64,000 bases of DNA from an uncultured bacterium (lineage in GTDB: Bacteria > Abyssobacteria > SURF-5): positions 64,001 to 128,000 of the forward strand of contig CAZSKP010000004.1 in NCBI GenBank assembly GCA_964607485.1. The letters are read 5' to 3'. The position numbers and the translations under genes are program-made. Every line of letters starts with the position of its first letter. Within the stretch, counting starts at the first letter, position 1. Below the pieces are notes generated by a model. That model worked only from the letters and a program-made list of their open reading frames with translations, was not told where the DNA came from and made no database searches. Shown in pieces: positions 41,607 to 51,922 of the stretch.

Positions 41607-42233
41607 CTACCCGACGTTCACTTTGATGCGACCGTGGGTCTCTGTGATGCTCTTGCGGGGGCTTCGAAATGTGATAATAATCTCCCGCCCCTCGCCGGGA
41701 TCGAAAATCTCGGTCGCTCTGTTCTCGCCACGGTGAAGTTCCCAGAAAAAGCGAACCCGGCGGTTCTCGTCAATGGCTTGAACGAGCTTTTTCCGGACTT
41801 TCTCTTTCTGGTCATTGGGCCACGCGTCGATATGAGCACAGAGCCGCGCGTGGTCTTTTGCGTTCAGGAAGGATTCAAGCCTTTTTTTCGCCCAGGTAGG
41901 AAGCGAGTCGAAATGAGCGTTCCCATCCGCAGCAGCCTCTTTTTGCATCTCGGCGAAGTTTGGGTCCGACCTGAGCCGGCCTGGATCGGCGAACAGCGTG
42001 TCCAACGCTTTCGTGATCTTCGTCCTGCCCGTTCGCAGGATATCCACGAAAGTCTCCGGGCGCATCGTGTCCCAGGAGATGGCTGTCTCTGACGAAACTG
42101 CCCGCACACTCTCGCGGAAACCGGGGACACCAATCACGTTCAAGCCGAGAATCCCCAATGCCGTGCCCGCCCCCAGCGAGGCGGATTTTCCAAGGAGTTC
42201 CCTTCTCGTCAGCCTGGTTTCCTTTTTCGCCAT
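41607..42233 (-). CDS. Tat-signal hypothetical protein, paralog of 42297-42779
   Basis: TRRELLGK plus hydrophobic stretch; AAGGAG RBS. Confidence 0.8.
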   Translation of the reverse strand: MAKKETRLTRRELLGKSASLGAGTALGILGLNVIGVPGFRESVRAVSSETAISWDTMRPETFVDILRTGRTKITKALDTLFADPGRLRSDPNFAEMQKEAAADGNAHFDSLPTWAKKRLESFLNAKDHARLCAHIDAWPNDQKEKVRKKLVQAIDENRRVRFFWELHRGENRATEIFDPGEGREIIITFRSPRKSITETHGRIKVNVG

Positions 42234-42296
42234 GGTTACACTCCTTCGGTTTCGGAGGAGGAATCTCGGATCGTGGCCCGGCGATGCGCACCGGCC

Positions 42297-42779
42297 CTAT
42301 ACGTCTACGATAACTTCCGGCTCCTCGAACCTCACTTTCTTTCGCGGGCTGCGAAAGGTGATGGTGACGGCGCCTCCGGGTCCGGTGTCTTCGATCACAA
42401 TCCCCTCATTTTCGCCCCGATGCAGTTCCCAAAAGAAATCGACTCTGCGGTTTTCGTTAATTACTTCGACGAGTTTGCTGCGCATATCTTCCTTCTGGCT
42501 GTTGGGCCAATCGTCGATGTGCTTGACGATGAGGTTGAACGTCGCATCGGGAACAGGGGGAGGAAGGTTGTCTTTCAATTTGGTCTTGGCCCAGGCCGGG
42601 AGGCTGTCGAGGGCATTCCTTTTCTTGAACCTCTCGTCGGTGAAGTCGGGATCGCTCTTGAGCGGATGATCCGTTTGGGTCGGAGCATTCTGAAAGAGCT
42701 TGTCCAGCGAATGCATGGTTTTCGTCTTTCCCGTCCTGAGCGCATCCACAAAATCTTTCATCTTCGTCGCTGGGGGCAT
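42297..42779 (-). CDS. hypothetical protein without signal peptide, paralog of 41607-42233
   Basis: Shared LRTG.TK, DSLP.WAK, HID.WPN.QKE, ENRRV.FFWELHRGEN, ITFRSPRK. Confidence 0.8.
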   Translation of the reverse strand: MPPATKMKDFVDALRTGKTKTMHSLDKLFQNAPTQTDHPLKSDPDFTDERFKKRNALDSLPAWAKTKLKDNLPPPVPDATFNLIVKHIDDWPNSQKEDMRSKLVEVINENRRVDFFWELHRGENEGIVIEDTGPGGAVTITFRSPRKKVRFEEPEVIVDV

Positions 42780-43295
42780 ACTACTTCCTCCTTTCTGTCC
42801 GGTCCCGCAGGATGCACGGACCCGACACAAGCGGAACTGAATGATCGTGAGAGACGTAGTCGGAGTTCAGAGCTTCGGAGCCGGGACAATCCGGCATTGT
42901 TCGCAGGTCAGACTTCTTCGGAGGGGTTCGCTGGCTGACTTGAGTGTCTCTGAGCGTATCTTTCGCAATACACCCGTTTGACATGATGGCATCCGTAAAT
43001 CAACACTTATCAGGAAACTCCCTGTGGAATCTCCGGCTATCCGTCCCGGACAATGACAACTTTAGAGAAAAAACTTATCATACTTATGCGCAAAGTTATA
43101 TATCATAAAATTCATTTTTTGTCAAATTTCTTCTCTCATTTACGCAGCCACATAGGCCACCTGCAGTTTCTAAGCCCGGACACCGTAAGACAAAGAAACC
43201 GATGCTTTAAGCGATTGGTAATCAAGCATTTCCAGTCTTCCGCTCTGTGGCCGCCCATTGTTGTTAACTCGAACTTGAGGGACCCCTCTTCGCCC

Positions 43296-43345
43296 TTGAC
43301 AAGTAAGCCAAGAGCAGCTACGATAATGAATGAGGTCTCATTTAT
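43296..43345 (+). promoter_or_regulatory. TetR promoter and palindromic operator
   Basis: TTGACA-N17-TACGAT followed by dyad ATGAATGAG-GT-CTCATTTAT. Confidence 0.6.
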
Positions 43346-43406
43346 ATGTGAATGCAGAGTCAGTATTTGGAATGCCCATGTGGGATAACACCAGATTGGA
43401 GGCAAA

Positions 43407-44009
43407 ATGTGCGCGTTGCGACAAAAGAAGAAAGAACTCACGAGACAGCGTCTCATTGATGCGGCGGCAGCCGAATTCGCTCAAGTCGGCTATGCTCGGG
43501 CAAACATCTCGCGAATATCCGAGAAGGCGGATTACGCCGCAGGAACGGTTTATAACTACTTCCGCTCCAAGCACGAACTGCTCGTGGCAGTCCTCACCCG
43601 AGCGATGGAAATGCTCACAGAGCGGATACGGGAAGAGATCGCCGAGATCACCGATCCCGTGGAAAAGGCAAAGCGCGCCATTCAGGTCGACTTCGAGTTC
43701 ATGGAGCGCAACGAAGCCCTGAGCAAGGTGATCATCCGGGAAGGCTTCGCTGCCGACCCCAAGAGGCAAAAGGAAATCCTCGCGGCCCTCGCTCCTGCAT
43801 CGGAGATTTTCGTGGAAATACTCGAACAGGGCAAACGCGAAGGTCTGATTCGGCCGGATATTGATTCGGTATGGGCGACCGTGCTGGCGGATGGGATGGT
43901 GGCGTATATCCTGCTCGCTCGATGGGCATTGGAGGATGAAGAAATGAAGTGTCAGGAAATGTCGGACTTGATGATCAAGTGTTTTGTCGAAGGAATCCTT
44001 GCCAAGTGA
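43407..44009 (+). CDS. TetR/AcrR family transcriptional regulator
   Basis: TRQRLIDAA..F...GY....ISRI....GTVYNYFRSKHELL HTH. Confidence 0.92.
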   Translation: MCALRQKKKELTRQRLIDAAAAEFAQVGYARANISRISEKADYAAGTVYNYFRSKHELLVAVLTRAMEMLTERIREEIAEITDPVEKAKRAIQVDFEFMERNEALSKVIIREGFAADPKRQKEILAALAPASEIFVEILEQGKREGLIRPDIDSVWATVLADGMVAYILLARWALEDEEMKCQEMSDLMIKCFVEGILAK

Positions 44010-44078
44010 AATCACGCGCTCCGGAGGATGGCGCTATCCGGTTTCAACGGAAGAGCGGTGACAGAGGAGAAGCAGCAA

Positions 44079-44464
44079 ATGAACACAGGTCATATTGACG
44101 AAATCCTGGAAGCTGTGACTGCAGGGAGCTACGGCGCCATCATGGAACTCTGCGAAAAGGCGCACGCGGCGGGGTTGCAGGCGAGGGAGATAGTCACTCA
44201 CGGATTGTCTAGGGGGATGGTCAAGACAGCCAAGCTCTACCGGAAGAGGGGTATGTATCTTGATTCCATCGTCAGGTCGGCCGCGGCGTTTCAAATGGGC
44301 ATGGCCTGTCTTCAATCCCATCTGGAGGAAGAAAAGCAGGTGCCCGTGGGACGCATTGTGCTCGGCGTGCCTGACGGTCCCTGGACGATCGGGAAAGACA
44401 TTGTTGCCGCGGTCCTGCGTGCACACGATTTTGACGTCTTCGACGCCGACCCGAAGCGCATCTG
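44079..44464 (+). pseudogene. corrinoid (B12-binding, MtaC-like) protein truncated by an IS remnant
   Basis: Cap domain (GLSRGM..LY..GMYL..IV.SA.AF) plus GRIVLG..TIGKDIVAAVLRAHDFDVFD, then a switch to transposase sequence. Confidence 0.7.
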
Positions 44465-44601
44465 TTACAATGAAACCAGGCCGCACCGCTCACTGGGGGG
44501 CATGCCACCCGGTGAATATACCCGGCTAATGGCCGAAACCCAAGGAGCAGCCGCCCTGGTTTCCTCCAGTCCGTAGTGGTACAGTTTCAGGGAAACGGTC
44601 A
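44465..44601 (+). mobile_element. IS3-family remnant: transposase C-terminus and right end
   Basis: YNETRPHRSLGGMPPGEY; ends GTGGTACAGTTTCAGGGAAACGGTCA. Confidence 0.7.
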
Positions 44602-44661
44602 CAGATTTAGGCCATTATGCAAAATAACATAATAGTCTTCGGGTAAATGGGAAATTGATAG

Positions 44662-45192
44662 ATGTCATCTAATATTGAGGTCAAAGCTAAGGTCAGAGAA
44701 CTGGACCAATTCAGATGCATTGCAATGCGCATGGCCACAGAACCGTTGCAGACACTTCATCAAGAAGACATTTTCTTCCGCGTACGAACGGGAAGGCTTA
44801 AGCTACGAATCTTTTCAGATGGTACAGGTGAACTGATACAATACGAGCGTCCAGATATCAGTGGAGCCAAACAGTCAAATTACCAGATTCACCGCACATC
44901 CAAGCCGCTGGAGTTGCGAAAAATCCTGTCGGAGGCTCTGGGTGAGACTGCAACGGTAAAGAAGAAGAGAGAGGTCTACATAGTAGGGCAGACGAGGATT
45001 CACTTAGATGAGGTCGATACGTTGGGGACTTTTGTTGAAGTGGAAGTAGTGTTGAGTCCCGGCCAGAGCCCGGACGAGGGACGGAGAATTGCATCCGATC
45101 TCATGGATAGGTTGGGCATCAAAGAGTCTGACTTGGTTCCTTGCGCCTATGCAGATCTTCAAAAAAACAAGGCTGAACAAGAGCGTGCCTGA
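44662..45192 (+). CDS. CYTH-domain protein (class IV adenylate cyclase-like)
   Basis: NIEVKAK, RLKLR, VKKKREVY, RIHLDEV, FVEVEV. Confidence 0.88.
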   Translation: MSSNIEVKAKVRELDQFRCIAMRMATEPLQTLHQEDIFFRVRTGRLKLRIFSDGTGELIQYERPDISGAKQSNYQIHRTSKPLELRKILSEALGETATVKKKREVYIVGQTRIHLDEVDTLGTFVEVEVVLSPGQSPDEGRRIASDLMDRLGIKESDLVPCAYADLQKNKAEQERA

Positions 45193-45196
45193 GGCC

Positions 45197-45293
45197 GCTT
45201 CACTTTCCCGGCTGCCCGCGAGTGCACCTTCCACCCTTCCGATCGCTCAAACATCGCTTTGAGAGAGTCAAGTTTTCGTTTTCAATTCTGCAC
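45197..45293 (+). repeat. intergenic repeat family, copy I (comM-proximal)
   Basis: CTTCACTTTCCCGG..GAGTGCACCTTCCACCCTTCCGATCGCTCAAACATCGCTTTGAGAGAGTCAA-GTTTT-CGTTTTCAATTCTGCAC. Confidence 0.9.
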
Positions 45294-45442
45294 CATTTGA
45301 AAGCTTTTCCTTGTCCGGCCTGCCGAGTCCCACGCAGTGAAGGATACCGACCTTTCCGGCTCTCCGAAACCACAAAAATATGAGACATTTCAAGATTGTC
45401 CAGGGTGCTGTGGTGCCGCCGACAAAATCCTGCCGTCTGGCG

Positions 45443-45472
45443 TTGACATGAACGCAGTCCTGCCGCTATAAT
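45443..45472 (+). promoter_or_regulatory. comM sigma70 promoter
   Basis: TTGACA-N18-TATAAT. Confidence 0.75.
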
Positions 45473-45513
45473 TGCGCCACTGTTTTCTACCAGCATGCAA
45501 CCAGGAAATTCCG

Positions 45514-47049
45514 ATGCTCGCGAAGGTCTTCAGCAGTTCCGTGTTCGGGGTGGACGCCTACCAGGTCGAGGTCGAGGTGGACCTGGGCGGCGGGCTGCCT
45601 TCGTACACAGTCGTCGGCCTGCCCGACACGGCCGTCAGGGAAAGCAGGGAACGCGTCGCCGCCGCTATCAAGAACTCCGGCTACGTGCTGCCCAGCAAGC
45701 GCATCACCGTGAACCTCGCCCCCGCCGACGTGAAGAAGGAGGGCTCATCGTTCGACGTGCCCATCGCCATCGGCATCCTCGCCGCCTCCGAGCAGGTCAA
45801 GAGCGAGAAATTCCTCGACTATTACATTGCAGGGGAATTATCGCTCGACGGAACCATCCGCGGCATTCCCGGCGTGCTGACGATGGCGCTTCAGGCGTCG
45901 AAGATGAACAGGCGCGGCATCGTCGTTCCCACCGACAACTCGGCCGAGGCGGCGGTCGTCGAGAAGGTGGAGGTCATACCCGCGAAGACGCTGCGAGCGC
46001 TCGTCGATTTCCTCGAAGATTTCACGCCGATCGAGCCTCACCGGATAGACCTCGAAGCCGCCTTCAGGCAAAGCTCCCGATATGCGATTGACCTTCAGGA
46101 GGTGAAGGGACAGGCGCACGTGAAGCGGTCGCTCGAGGTCGCCGCCGCGGGAGGGCACAACGTGCTCATGATCGGCCCGCCCGGCTCGGGCAAGACGATG
46201 CTGGCCAAACGCCTCGCGACCATCCTGCCCGATATGACCCTCGAAGAGTCATATGAGACCACGAAGATTCACAGCATCAGCGGGTTCCTTCCTCCGGGGA
46301 AGCCGCTCATCGCGACGCGGCCGTTCCGCTCGCCGCACCACACGATTTCCGACGTCGCGCTCGTCGGCGGAGGCAACTACCCGAGACCGGGCGAGGTCAG
46401 TCTCGCGCACAACGGCGTCCTGTTCCTCGACGAACTGCCCGAGTTCAACCGGAAGGCGCTTGCGGCGATGAGACAGCCGCTCGAAGACGGCTGCGTCACC
46501 ATCTCGCGCGCCGCATATTCGCTCACCTTTCCCGCCAGCTTCATGCTCACCGCCGCGATGAATCCGTGTCCGTGCGGTAACCTGGGCGACCCCAGGCGCG
46601 AGTGCACGTGCCAGCCGTGGCAGGTGCAGCGGTATCTCGGCAGAATATCCGGCCCGCTGCTCGATCGGATCGACATGCACATGGAAGTACCCGCCGTCAA
46701 GTATGCCGACCTTTCATCCACCGAGCCGTCGGGCGAGCCCTCCGCCGCAATTCGCACGCGCGTGCAGAAGGCGAGGAACCTCCAGCGCGAGCGCTTTGGC
46801 GACGATTCGCTCCGATGCAACTCGCAGATGGGCTCGAAGCATGTGAAGAAATATTGTGTTACCACCGCCGACGCGAAGGAGCTTTTGAAGGCGGCCATCC
46901 TCAACCTCGGCATCTCCGCCCGTGCCTACGACCGCATCCTCAAAGTCGCTCGCACCATCGCCGACCTCTCCGAGAGCGATGTCATCCGCGCCGAACACAT
47001 TTCCGAGGCCATCCAGTACCGCAGCTTCGATAGAGGCCTCTGGAGGTAG
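45514..47049 (+). CDS. comM: YifB/ComM family Mg-chelatase-like AAA+ ATPase
   Basis: [69 protein letters not shown]. Confidence 0.96.
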   Translation: MLAKVFSSSVFGVDAYQVEVEVDLGGGLPSYTVVGLPDTAVRESRERVAAAIKNSGYVLPSKRITVNLAPADVKKEGSSFDVPIAIGILAASEQVKSEKFLDYYIAGELSLDGTIRGIPGVLTMALQASKMNRRGIVVPTDNSAEAAVVEKVEVIPAKTLRALVDFLEDFTPIEPHRIDLEAAFRQSSRYAIDLQEVKGQAHVKRSLEVAAAGGHNVLMIGPPGSGKTMLAKRLATILPDMTLEESYETTKIHSISGFLPPGKPLIATRPFRSPHHTISDVALVGGGNYPRPGEVSLAHNGVLFLDELPEFNRKALAAMRQPLEDGCVTISRAAYSLTFPASFMLTAAMNPCPCGNLGDPRRECTCQPWQVQRYLGRISGPLLDRIDMHMEVPAVKYADLSSTEPSGEPSAAIRTRVQKARNLQRERFGDDSLRCNSQMGSKHVKKYCVTTADAKELLKAAILNLGISARAYDRILKVARTIADLSESDVIRAEHISEAIQYRSFDRGLWR

Positions 47050-47182
47050 GATGGAATTGCGCTTGAAGCCGGGGTACTTATGGGCCTGTAGCGAATGAGA
47101 GACAGCTATGACCAATGTGGCTTTCGGACTACCATAAAATGCGGATAGCGTCATCGGGGAAAATCAGCAGGATGCCAAAATA

Positions 47183-48271
47183 GTGAGTGACAAAGACCGC
47201 GTTGACTATCCGTATCAGGTTTCGCTCCACCTTACCGAGGCCTGCAATCTGCGCTGCAAGATGTGCTACTTCTGGGGGGAGACCGGCCGCTATGTCAATA
47301 CCGGCGACAGAGAGAAGCCCAAATCTCTCGACATCGACAGGCTGAAGCGGTTGGTACGAGAGCTCGCCCGAGCGCGCCCGAACTACGAACTGTTTGGCGG
47401 CGAGCCTTTATCGTATTCGCACCTGGAAGAGATCATTCGCGCGATCAAAGAGGCCGGTTCGCCTGTCGAAGCTCCCACGAATGGCACTCTGCTGGAAAAG
47501 TATTCATCGCTGCTGGTGGAAACAGGCTTTGATTCTATTCGCGTGTCGCTCGATGGCCCGCGGGAGATAAACGACGCACAACGTGGCAAGGGCAGCTATG
47601 ACAAAGCGATGGCGGGCATCGAGGCCGTCTTCAAAGAAAAGATAAGGGTAGGCTCAGCTTCTCCCATTTTGAGTGTCACTTATACCGTCACACCGGAAAA
47701 CTACCTCTTCATCGAGCAGTTCTTCCTCCATGAGCTGAACCTGGAGGCAATGGATTGGGTGACGATCCAGAGTCAGAATTTCATCACGGAGGCAATGGGA
47801 CTGGCCTACGCGAAGCTGCTTGAATCGGAATTCGGGATAACGAGTGATTCCTTCTGGCGTGGCTTGGTGAGGTCGCGGGAAGATCTTGCTGAAATGGATA
47901 CCGTCGAACTCTCGCGACAGGTAGGAGAAGTTCAAGAACGTTTCGCGGAGCTTGGCAAGAATGTCCTGCTTCTGCCCCGCACATTTACACCCGAAAACCT
48001 ATCCGCATATTTCCGCATGGACTGGGGTAAGATGAGCGATAGATACTCAAGTTGCCCAGTTCCGTGGAGTTCGCTCGACGTCACTGCAAACGGCGATGTC
48101 GCCGCCTGTCACATCTTTTACGACCTCGTGATGGGCAATATCTACGAGCAGAGTTTTGAAGAGATCTGGAATGGCGAACCCTATAGGAAATTGCGAGCCC
48201 ATATGGAGCGCAAGGGTCTCATGTCGATATGTCCCGGCTGTTGCATCCTCTATCTGGTTGGTAGCACATAA
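47183..48271 (+). CDS. radical SAM/SPASM domain protein
   Basis: CNLRCKMC, GGEP, SLDG; CPVPW..GDVAAC..MGNIYEQSFEEIWNG..CPGC. Confidence 0.92.
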   Translation: MSDKDRVDYPYQVSLHLTEACNLRCKMCYFWGETGRYVNTGDREKPKSLDIDRLKRLVRELARARPNYELFGGEPLSYSHLEEIIRAIKEAGSPVEAPTNGTLLEKYSSLLVETGFDSIRVSLDGPREINDAQRGKGSYDKAMAGIEAVFKEKIRVGSASPILSVTYTVTPENYLFIEQFFLHELNLEAMDWVTIQSQNFITEAMGLAYAKLLESEFGITSDSFWRGLVRSREDLAEMDTVELSRQVGEVQERFAELGKNVLLLPRTFTPENLSAYFRMDWGKMSDRYSSCPVPWSSLDVTANGDVAACHIFYDLVMGNIYEQSFEEIWNGEPYRKLRAHMERKGLMSICPGCCILYLVGST

Positions 48272-48435
48272 TGATCCCGCCTCTCCAAGGCAGCTGCGCG
48301 CCGCGATGGAACCGCCATGACGCCGAATTTGCATTTGATCTCAAAGCCCGCTATGATAATTCCGAATTTGCGCATGACGCGTGAATCGAAATCGTCGCGC
48401 CTTTGCTCCGGGTGGAGCAAGCAGGGAGGTTCGTT

Positions 48436-49491
48436 ATGACTGAGGATGTTTACAAGAGACTACGTGAATTCTTGGACAAGCTGCCGGGGGGATATCCCGA
48501 GACCGACAGCGGGGTCGAAATCAGAATCCTGAAGAAGTTGTTCTCGCCCGAGGACGCCGAACTGACGATGAAACTTAAGCCTGAACCCGAGGGGGTTTCT
48601 TCTATAGCGGAGCGTCTCGGTATCGATGAAGCGAACGCGGCCGAGAAGCTCGAGGATATGGCGAAGCGCGGCCTCATCTTCCGGACGAGGGAAGACGGCA
48701 AGCCGAAGTACCAGGCGTTTCAGTATATCGTCGGCATCTACGAATTCCAACTGCCTCGCATAGACCGCGAATTTGCGGAGTTGATGGAGGAGTATTTCCC
48801 CTATCTGGGAATGTCATTCGCGCCGCTCAAGACCAAACAGCTTCGAATTGCGCCAGTGAATTCCTCGGTCGATGCCCTGCCGACGGTGGCGCCGTATAAC
48901 AAGATTCGCGAATTGGTCAAGCAGCAGAAGCTTATCTTGAATAATCCCTGCATTTGCCGGAAGGAACAGGAATTGCTCGGCAACAAGTGCGACCGGCCGC
49001 GGGACCTGTGCTTTTCGTTTGGCAAGTTTGCGCAATACGGTTTGGACAACGGTACGGGGACGCAGATCACGCCGGAAGAGGCGTTGAAGCTTCTCGACAA
49101 GGCCGAAGAAGCAGCGCTGGTGATGTCGCCCAGCAATACGCAGGAGCTTGAATTCATATGCTGCTGTTGCGGCTGCTGCTGCGGTAGTCTCAAACGCATT
49201 AAGCTGCTCGAAAATCCTGCCGATTTCGTCCAGTCGTATTACCGGGCCGTGATCGACCCGGACGAGTGCACCGCGTGCGGAACGTGCGTTGACCGATGTC
49301 AAGTCGCTGCAATCGAGGAAAAGGATGACGTGATGGAGGTCAATCCGGCTCGCTGCATCGGCTGTGGGCTGTGCGTGTCGGAGTGTCCGGTCGAAGCCAT
49401 CACGCTCGAGGAAAAGGAGGGCGAGGAAGCTCCGCCTGCGGATATAGACGAGGTCCTCCACAGACTCGCAAGCGAAAGGGGACTGAGCTAA
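48436..49491 (+). CDS. 4Fe-4S dicluster binding protein
   Basis: CICR, ICCCCGCCCG, CTACGTCVDRC, CIGCGLCVSECP. Confidence 0.9.
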   Translation: MTEDVYKRLREFLDKLPGGYPETDSGVEIRILKKLFSPEDAELTMKLKPEPEGVSSIAERLGIDEANAAEKLEDMAKRGLIFRTREDGKPKYQAFQYIVGIYEFQLPRIDREFAELMEEYFPYLGMSFAPLKTKQLRIAPVNSSVDALPTVAPYNKIRELVKQQKLILNNPCICRKEQELLGNKCDRPRDLCFSFGKFAQYGLDNGTGTQITPEEALKLLDKAEEAALVMSPSNTQELEFICCCCGCCCGSLKRIKLLENPADFVQSYYRAVIDPDECTACGTCVDRCQVAAIEEKDDVMEVNPARCIGCGLCVSECPVEAITLEEKEGEEAPPADIDEVLHRLASERGLS

Positions 49492-49524
49492 CGAGATATT
49501 GTTTTTCGGCTTAACAGACTATAT

Positions 49525-49554
49525 GGGGGCGCATCCGGTTGCGCTCCCTTTTTT
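49525..49554 (+). terminator. intrinsic terminator
   Basis: GGGGGCGCA-TCCGGT-TGCGCTCCC followed by a T-run after the stop codon. Confidence 0.7.
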
Positions 49555-49672
49555 GTTGTCGGCGCGCCGCCTCGATTCTTTCGACCCTGAAAGGAGTCCT
49601 ATCGCCCCAACGGTCAGGGTTCGGTCAGGTGCACGCTTTGAAGGCAGTTCGCTTGGGATGGCTGTGTAGTTG

Positions 49673-50752
49673 TCAGAACGGGCTGGAATATATGCTTTGC
49701 AGTCTTCTGAATATTTCTTCCGCCTCTCCCATCATGCGTTCGATCAGCTCTTTGCAACTTGGTATGTCGCCGATCATGCCTGAACCTTGTCCCGCAGTGA
49801 TGGTGCTGTTCTCCAGATTGCCATACAAGAAAGCGGACACGGTTTGATGACTTTCCGGAAGGAGGTCGGAGGAACCCGAAGCTCTGACGAGTTCCTCAAA
49901 TGTAGCAACCCCACCCGTTTTCATTAGAATTTGCCTTGCGAAATCGTTGAGAAGGATTCTGACAGAGCCCCGTCGTTCCTCGACGAAGCCCCTCTCTCCT
50001 CTCTTCTCGTCGTCTTCAGGTTTTGGGCTCCCGTGTCGCAACGCAATTGTGCTCGTGTCGGTTGCCTCAAGAATCGCACGCTTGACCCTGGGATGCGCAG
50101 GGCATTCCTTTGTGGGAATGAAACGCGTTCCCATGTACACGCCGTCCGCGCCGAGAGACAGCGCCGCCACAAGACCCCGCGCATCCACAATTCCTCCTCC
50201 CGCAATGACAGGAATCGCAATCGCGTCGGCGGCCTGCGGCACGAGACACAGCGTCGTAATCTGGTCAAACCCGCTGTGCCCGCCCCCCTCCGTTCCGGAC
50301 ACAATGACTGCTTCCACTCCGGCCTCCTCGGCCTTTTTGACATGCCTGACCGTCGAGCAGACATGGATTACTTTCATTCCGCTGTTCTTCAGCCTCTCAG
50401 TATAGGCCATTGGATTGCCCTGGGACACGATTGCCACCGGCACGTGCTCCTCGATTCCCACCTGCACACACCGGTCGCTGAAATCGCGGTCCCAGCCCAC
50501 TACCCCAACCACGAAGTTCACGGCGAACGGCTTATCCGTCATCTCCCTGCACGTTTTGATCTGTTCCCTCAAACGCTCTCCCGTTTCGTCGATGTCGGTC
50601 GTCACCGTCTTGCTCCCCGCATTGGGCCCTATTGTCCCCAGACCACCGGCTTCCGAAACCGCCGCGGCGAGGCCCGCATCCGCAATCCAGGCCATCGATG
50701 CCTGGATGATCGGATAGTCGATCCCCAGGAGTTCCGTTATTCTTGTCTTCAT
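49673..50752 (-). CDS. nitronate monooxygenase / FabK-like flavin oxidoreductase
   Basis: YPIIQASM, GTEGGGH, PVIAGGGI, GVYMGTRF, AGQGSG. Confidence 0.9.
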   Translation of the reverse strand: MKTRITELLGIDYPIIQASMAWIADAGLAAAVSEAGGLGTIGPNAGSKTVTTDIDETGERLREQIKTCREMTDKPFAVNFVVGVVGWDRDFSDRCVQVGIEEHVPVAIVSQGNPMAYTERLKNSGMKVIHVCSTVRHVKKAEEAGVEAVIVSGTEGGGHSGFDQITTLCLVPQAADAIAIPVIAGGGIVDARGLVAALSLGADGVYMGTRFIPTKECPAHPRVKRAILEATDTSTIALRHGSPKPEDDEKRGERGFVEERRGSVRILLNDFARQILMKTGGVATFEELVRASGSSDLLPESHQTVSAFLYGNLENSTITAGQGSGMIGDIPSCKELIERMMGEAEEIFRRLQSIYSSPF

Positions 50753-50813
50753 CTCAGGGTGTCCTCCAATGTATTCTCATTCGAGCCGGATAGACCCGGA
50801 TCGTTCAGGCTCT

Positions 50814-50840
50814 AAAGGCCGTCCTCGGCCGACGGCCTTT
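50814..50840. terminator. perfect 10-bp hairpin, possible terminator or RNA-stability element
   Basis: AAAGGCCGTC-N7-GACGGCCTTT. Confidence 0.45.
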
Positions 50841-50881
50841 GCGCGGTCCGGCCTCCATCGGTGGATTGCCGGACTATCAGC

Positions 50882-51922
50882 CTACGGTTTCCTGCCGGTG
50901 ATTCTGGTCAGAGAACCGGGAATAAATGAATGGACCTGAACATCGATAAATCCGGCATTCTCCAGATATCCAACCACTTCTCCCTCGGAATGAGCTCGTC
51001 CCTCGCTTCCGAATAGAGCCTCGTGAATGCCCCAGAGGGCCGGACCCAGCGGCCCGCATTTTTCATCGTTCAAGGTTTCCCCGACGACATGGTATTCTCC
51101 ACCCGGCTGCAGCGCCTCGTAAGCCTTTGTGAGAATCTTCAGGAGAACGCCTTCGCTGTATTGCGGCAGGTTGCTCGCCATAATCATCACATCGGCGCCG
51201 CGCGGAAGTGGGTCTCTGGTGAAGTCTGCCGGATAGACTGAGATTTTGTCTTGCATTTCCCATTGAGCTATGAACTCTTGCGCTACCTTGCACACGGGTT
51301 CGAAATCCAATACGGTCGCCTTGAGATGGGGATACTTCTGGATTGCCGCTATGCAATACGCGCCGGAACCGCCGCCGAGGTCGAGTATCATTGATCGTCC
51401 GCTCAGGTCCACATCCCTGGCAAACAGCATGCCTGCGCCCAAACCGACGGCGTACGTGGCCTCATGATACTCTCTGGCAATCTCTTCCGTCATGCTTTCG
51501 TAAAGCCCGAGCACCTTGGGAGGGGTGTCCGATTTGAGGTGGTCGGCCAGGTTCTTCCACTGCTCGAAATCCATTCCGGCAAAAAGCAGCCACGGCCCGA
51601 TGTAGGTAAGCTTTCCTCGTACCAGAAATCGCTCCACATCGGGCGCGTTCCGGTATTGGTCTCCTTCCTTTTCCAGGAGCCCGAGAGCCGCGCAGGCAAC
51701 GACAAGCCTTTCCGCATTGAGGTCACTCAAACCAACAGCGCCTGCGACTTGAGAAACATTTATGGCGCCCTCAGATACCCTGGTAAACAAATCCAATTGT
51801 ATCGCTGCTCTCAGAGTTGCACTCTGTTTGTGTCCGTAACTCAGGTTCTGCAAGCGCACGGTGTCTGTCTTTCTCTTACGAGTTGTCACGGATGCCTCCA
51901 AAACATTCTTGCGCCCTGTCAC
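50882..51922 (-). CDS. SAM-dependent O-methyltransferase with dimerisation domain
   Basis: LRAAIQLDLF N-domain; LDLGGGSG, ADF, ALQPGG. Confidence 0.88.
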   Translation of the reverse strand: MTGRKNVLEASVTTRKRKTDTVRLQNLSYGHKQSATLRAAIQLDLFTRVSEGAINVSQVAGAVGLSDLNAERLVVACAALGLLEKEGDQYRNAPDVERFLVRGKLTYIGPWLLFAGMDFEQWKNLADHLKSDTPPKVLGLYESMTEEIAREYHEATYAVGLGAGMLFARDVDLSGRSMILDLGGGSGAYCIAAIQKYPHLKATVLDFEPVCKVAQEFIAQWEMQDKISVYPADFTRDPLPRGADVMIMASNLPQYSEGVLLKILTKAYEALQPGGEYHVVGETLNDEKCGPLGPALWGIHEALFGSEGRAHSEGEVVGYLENAGFIDVQVHSFIPGSLTRITGRKP

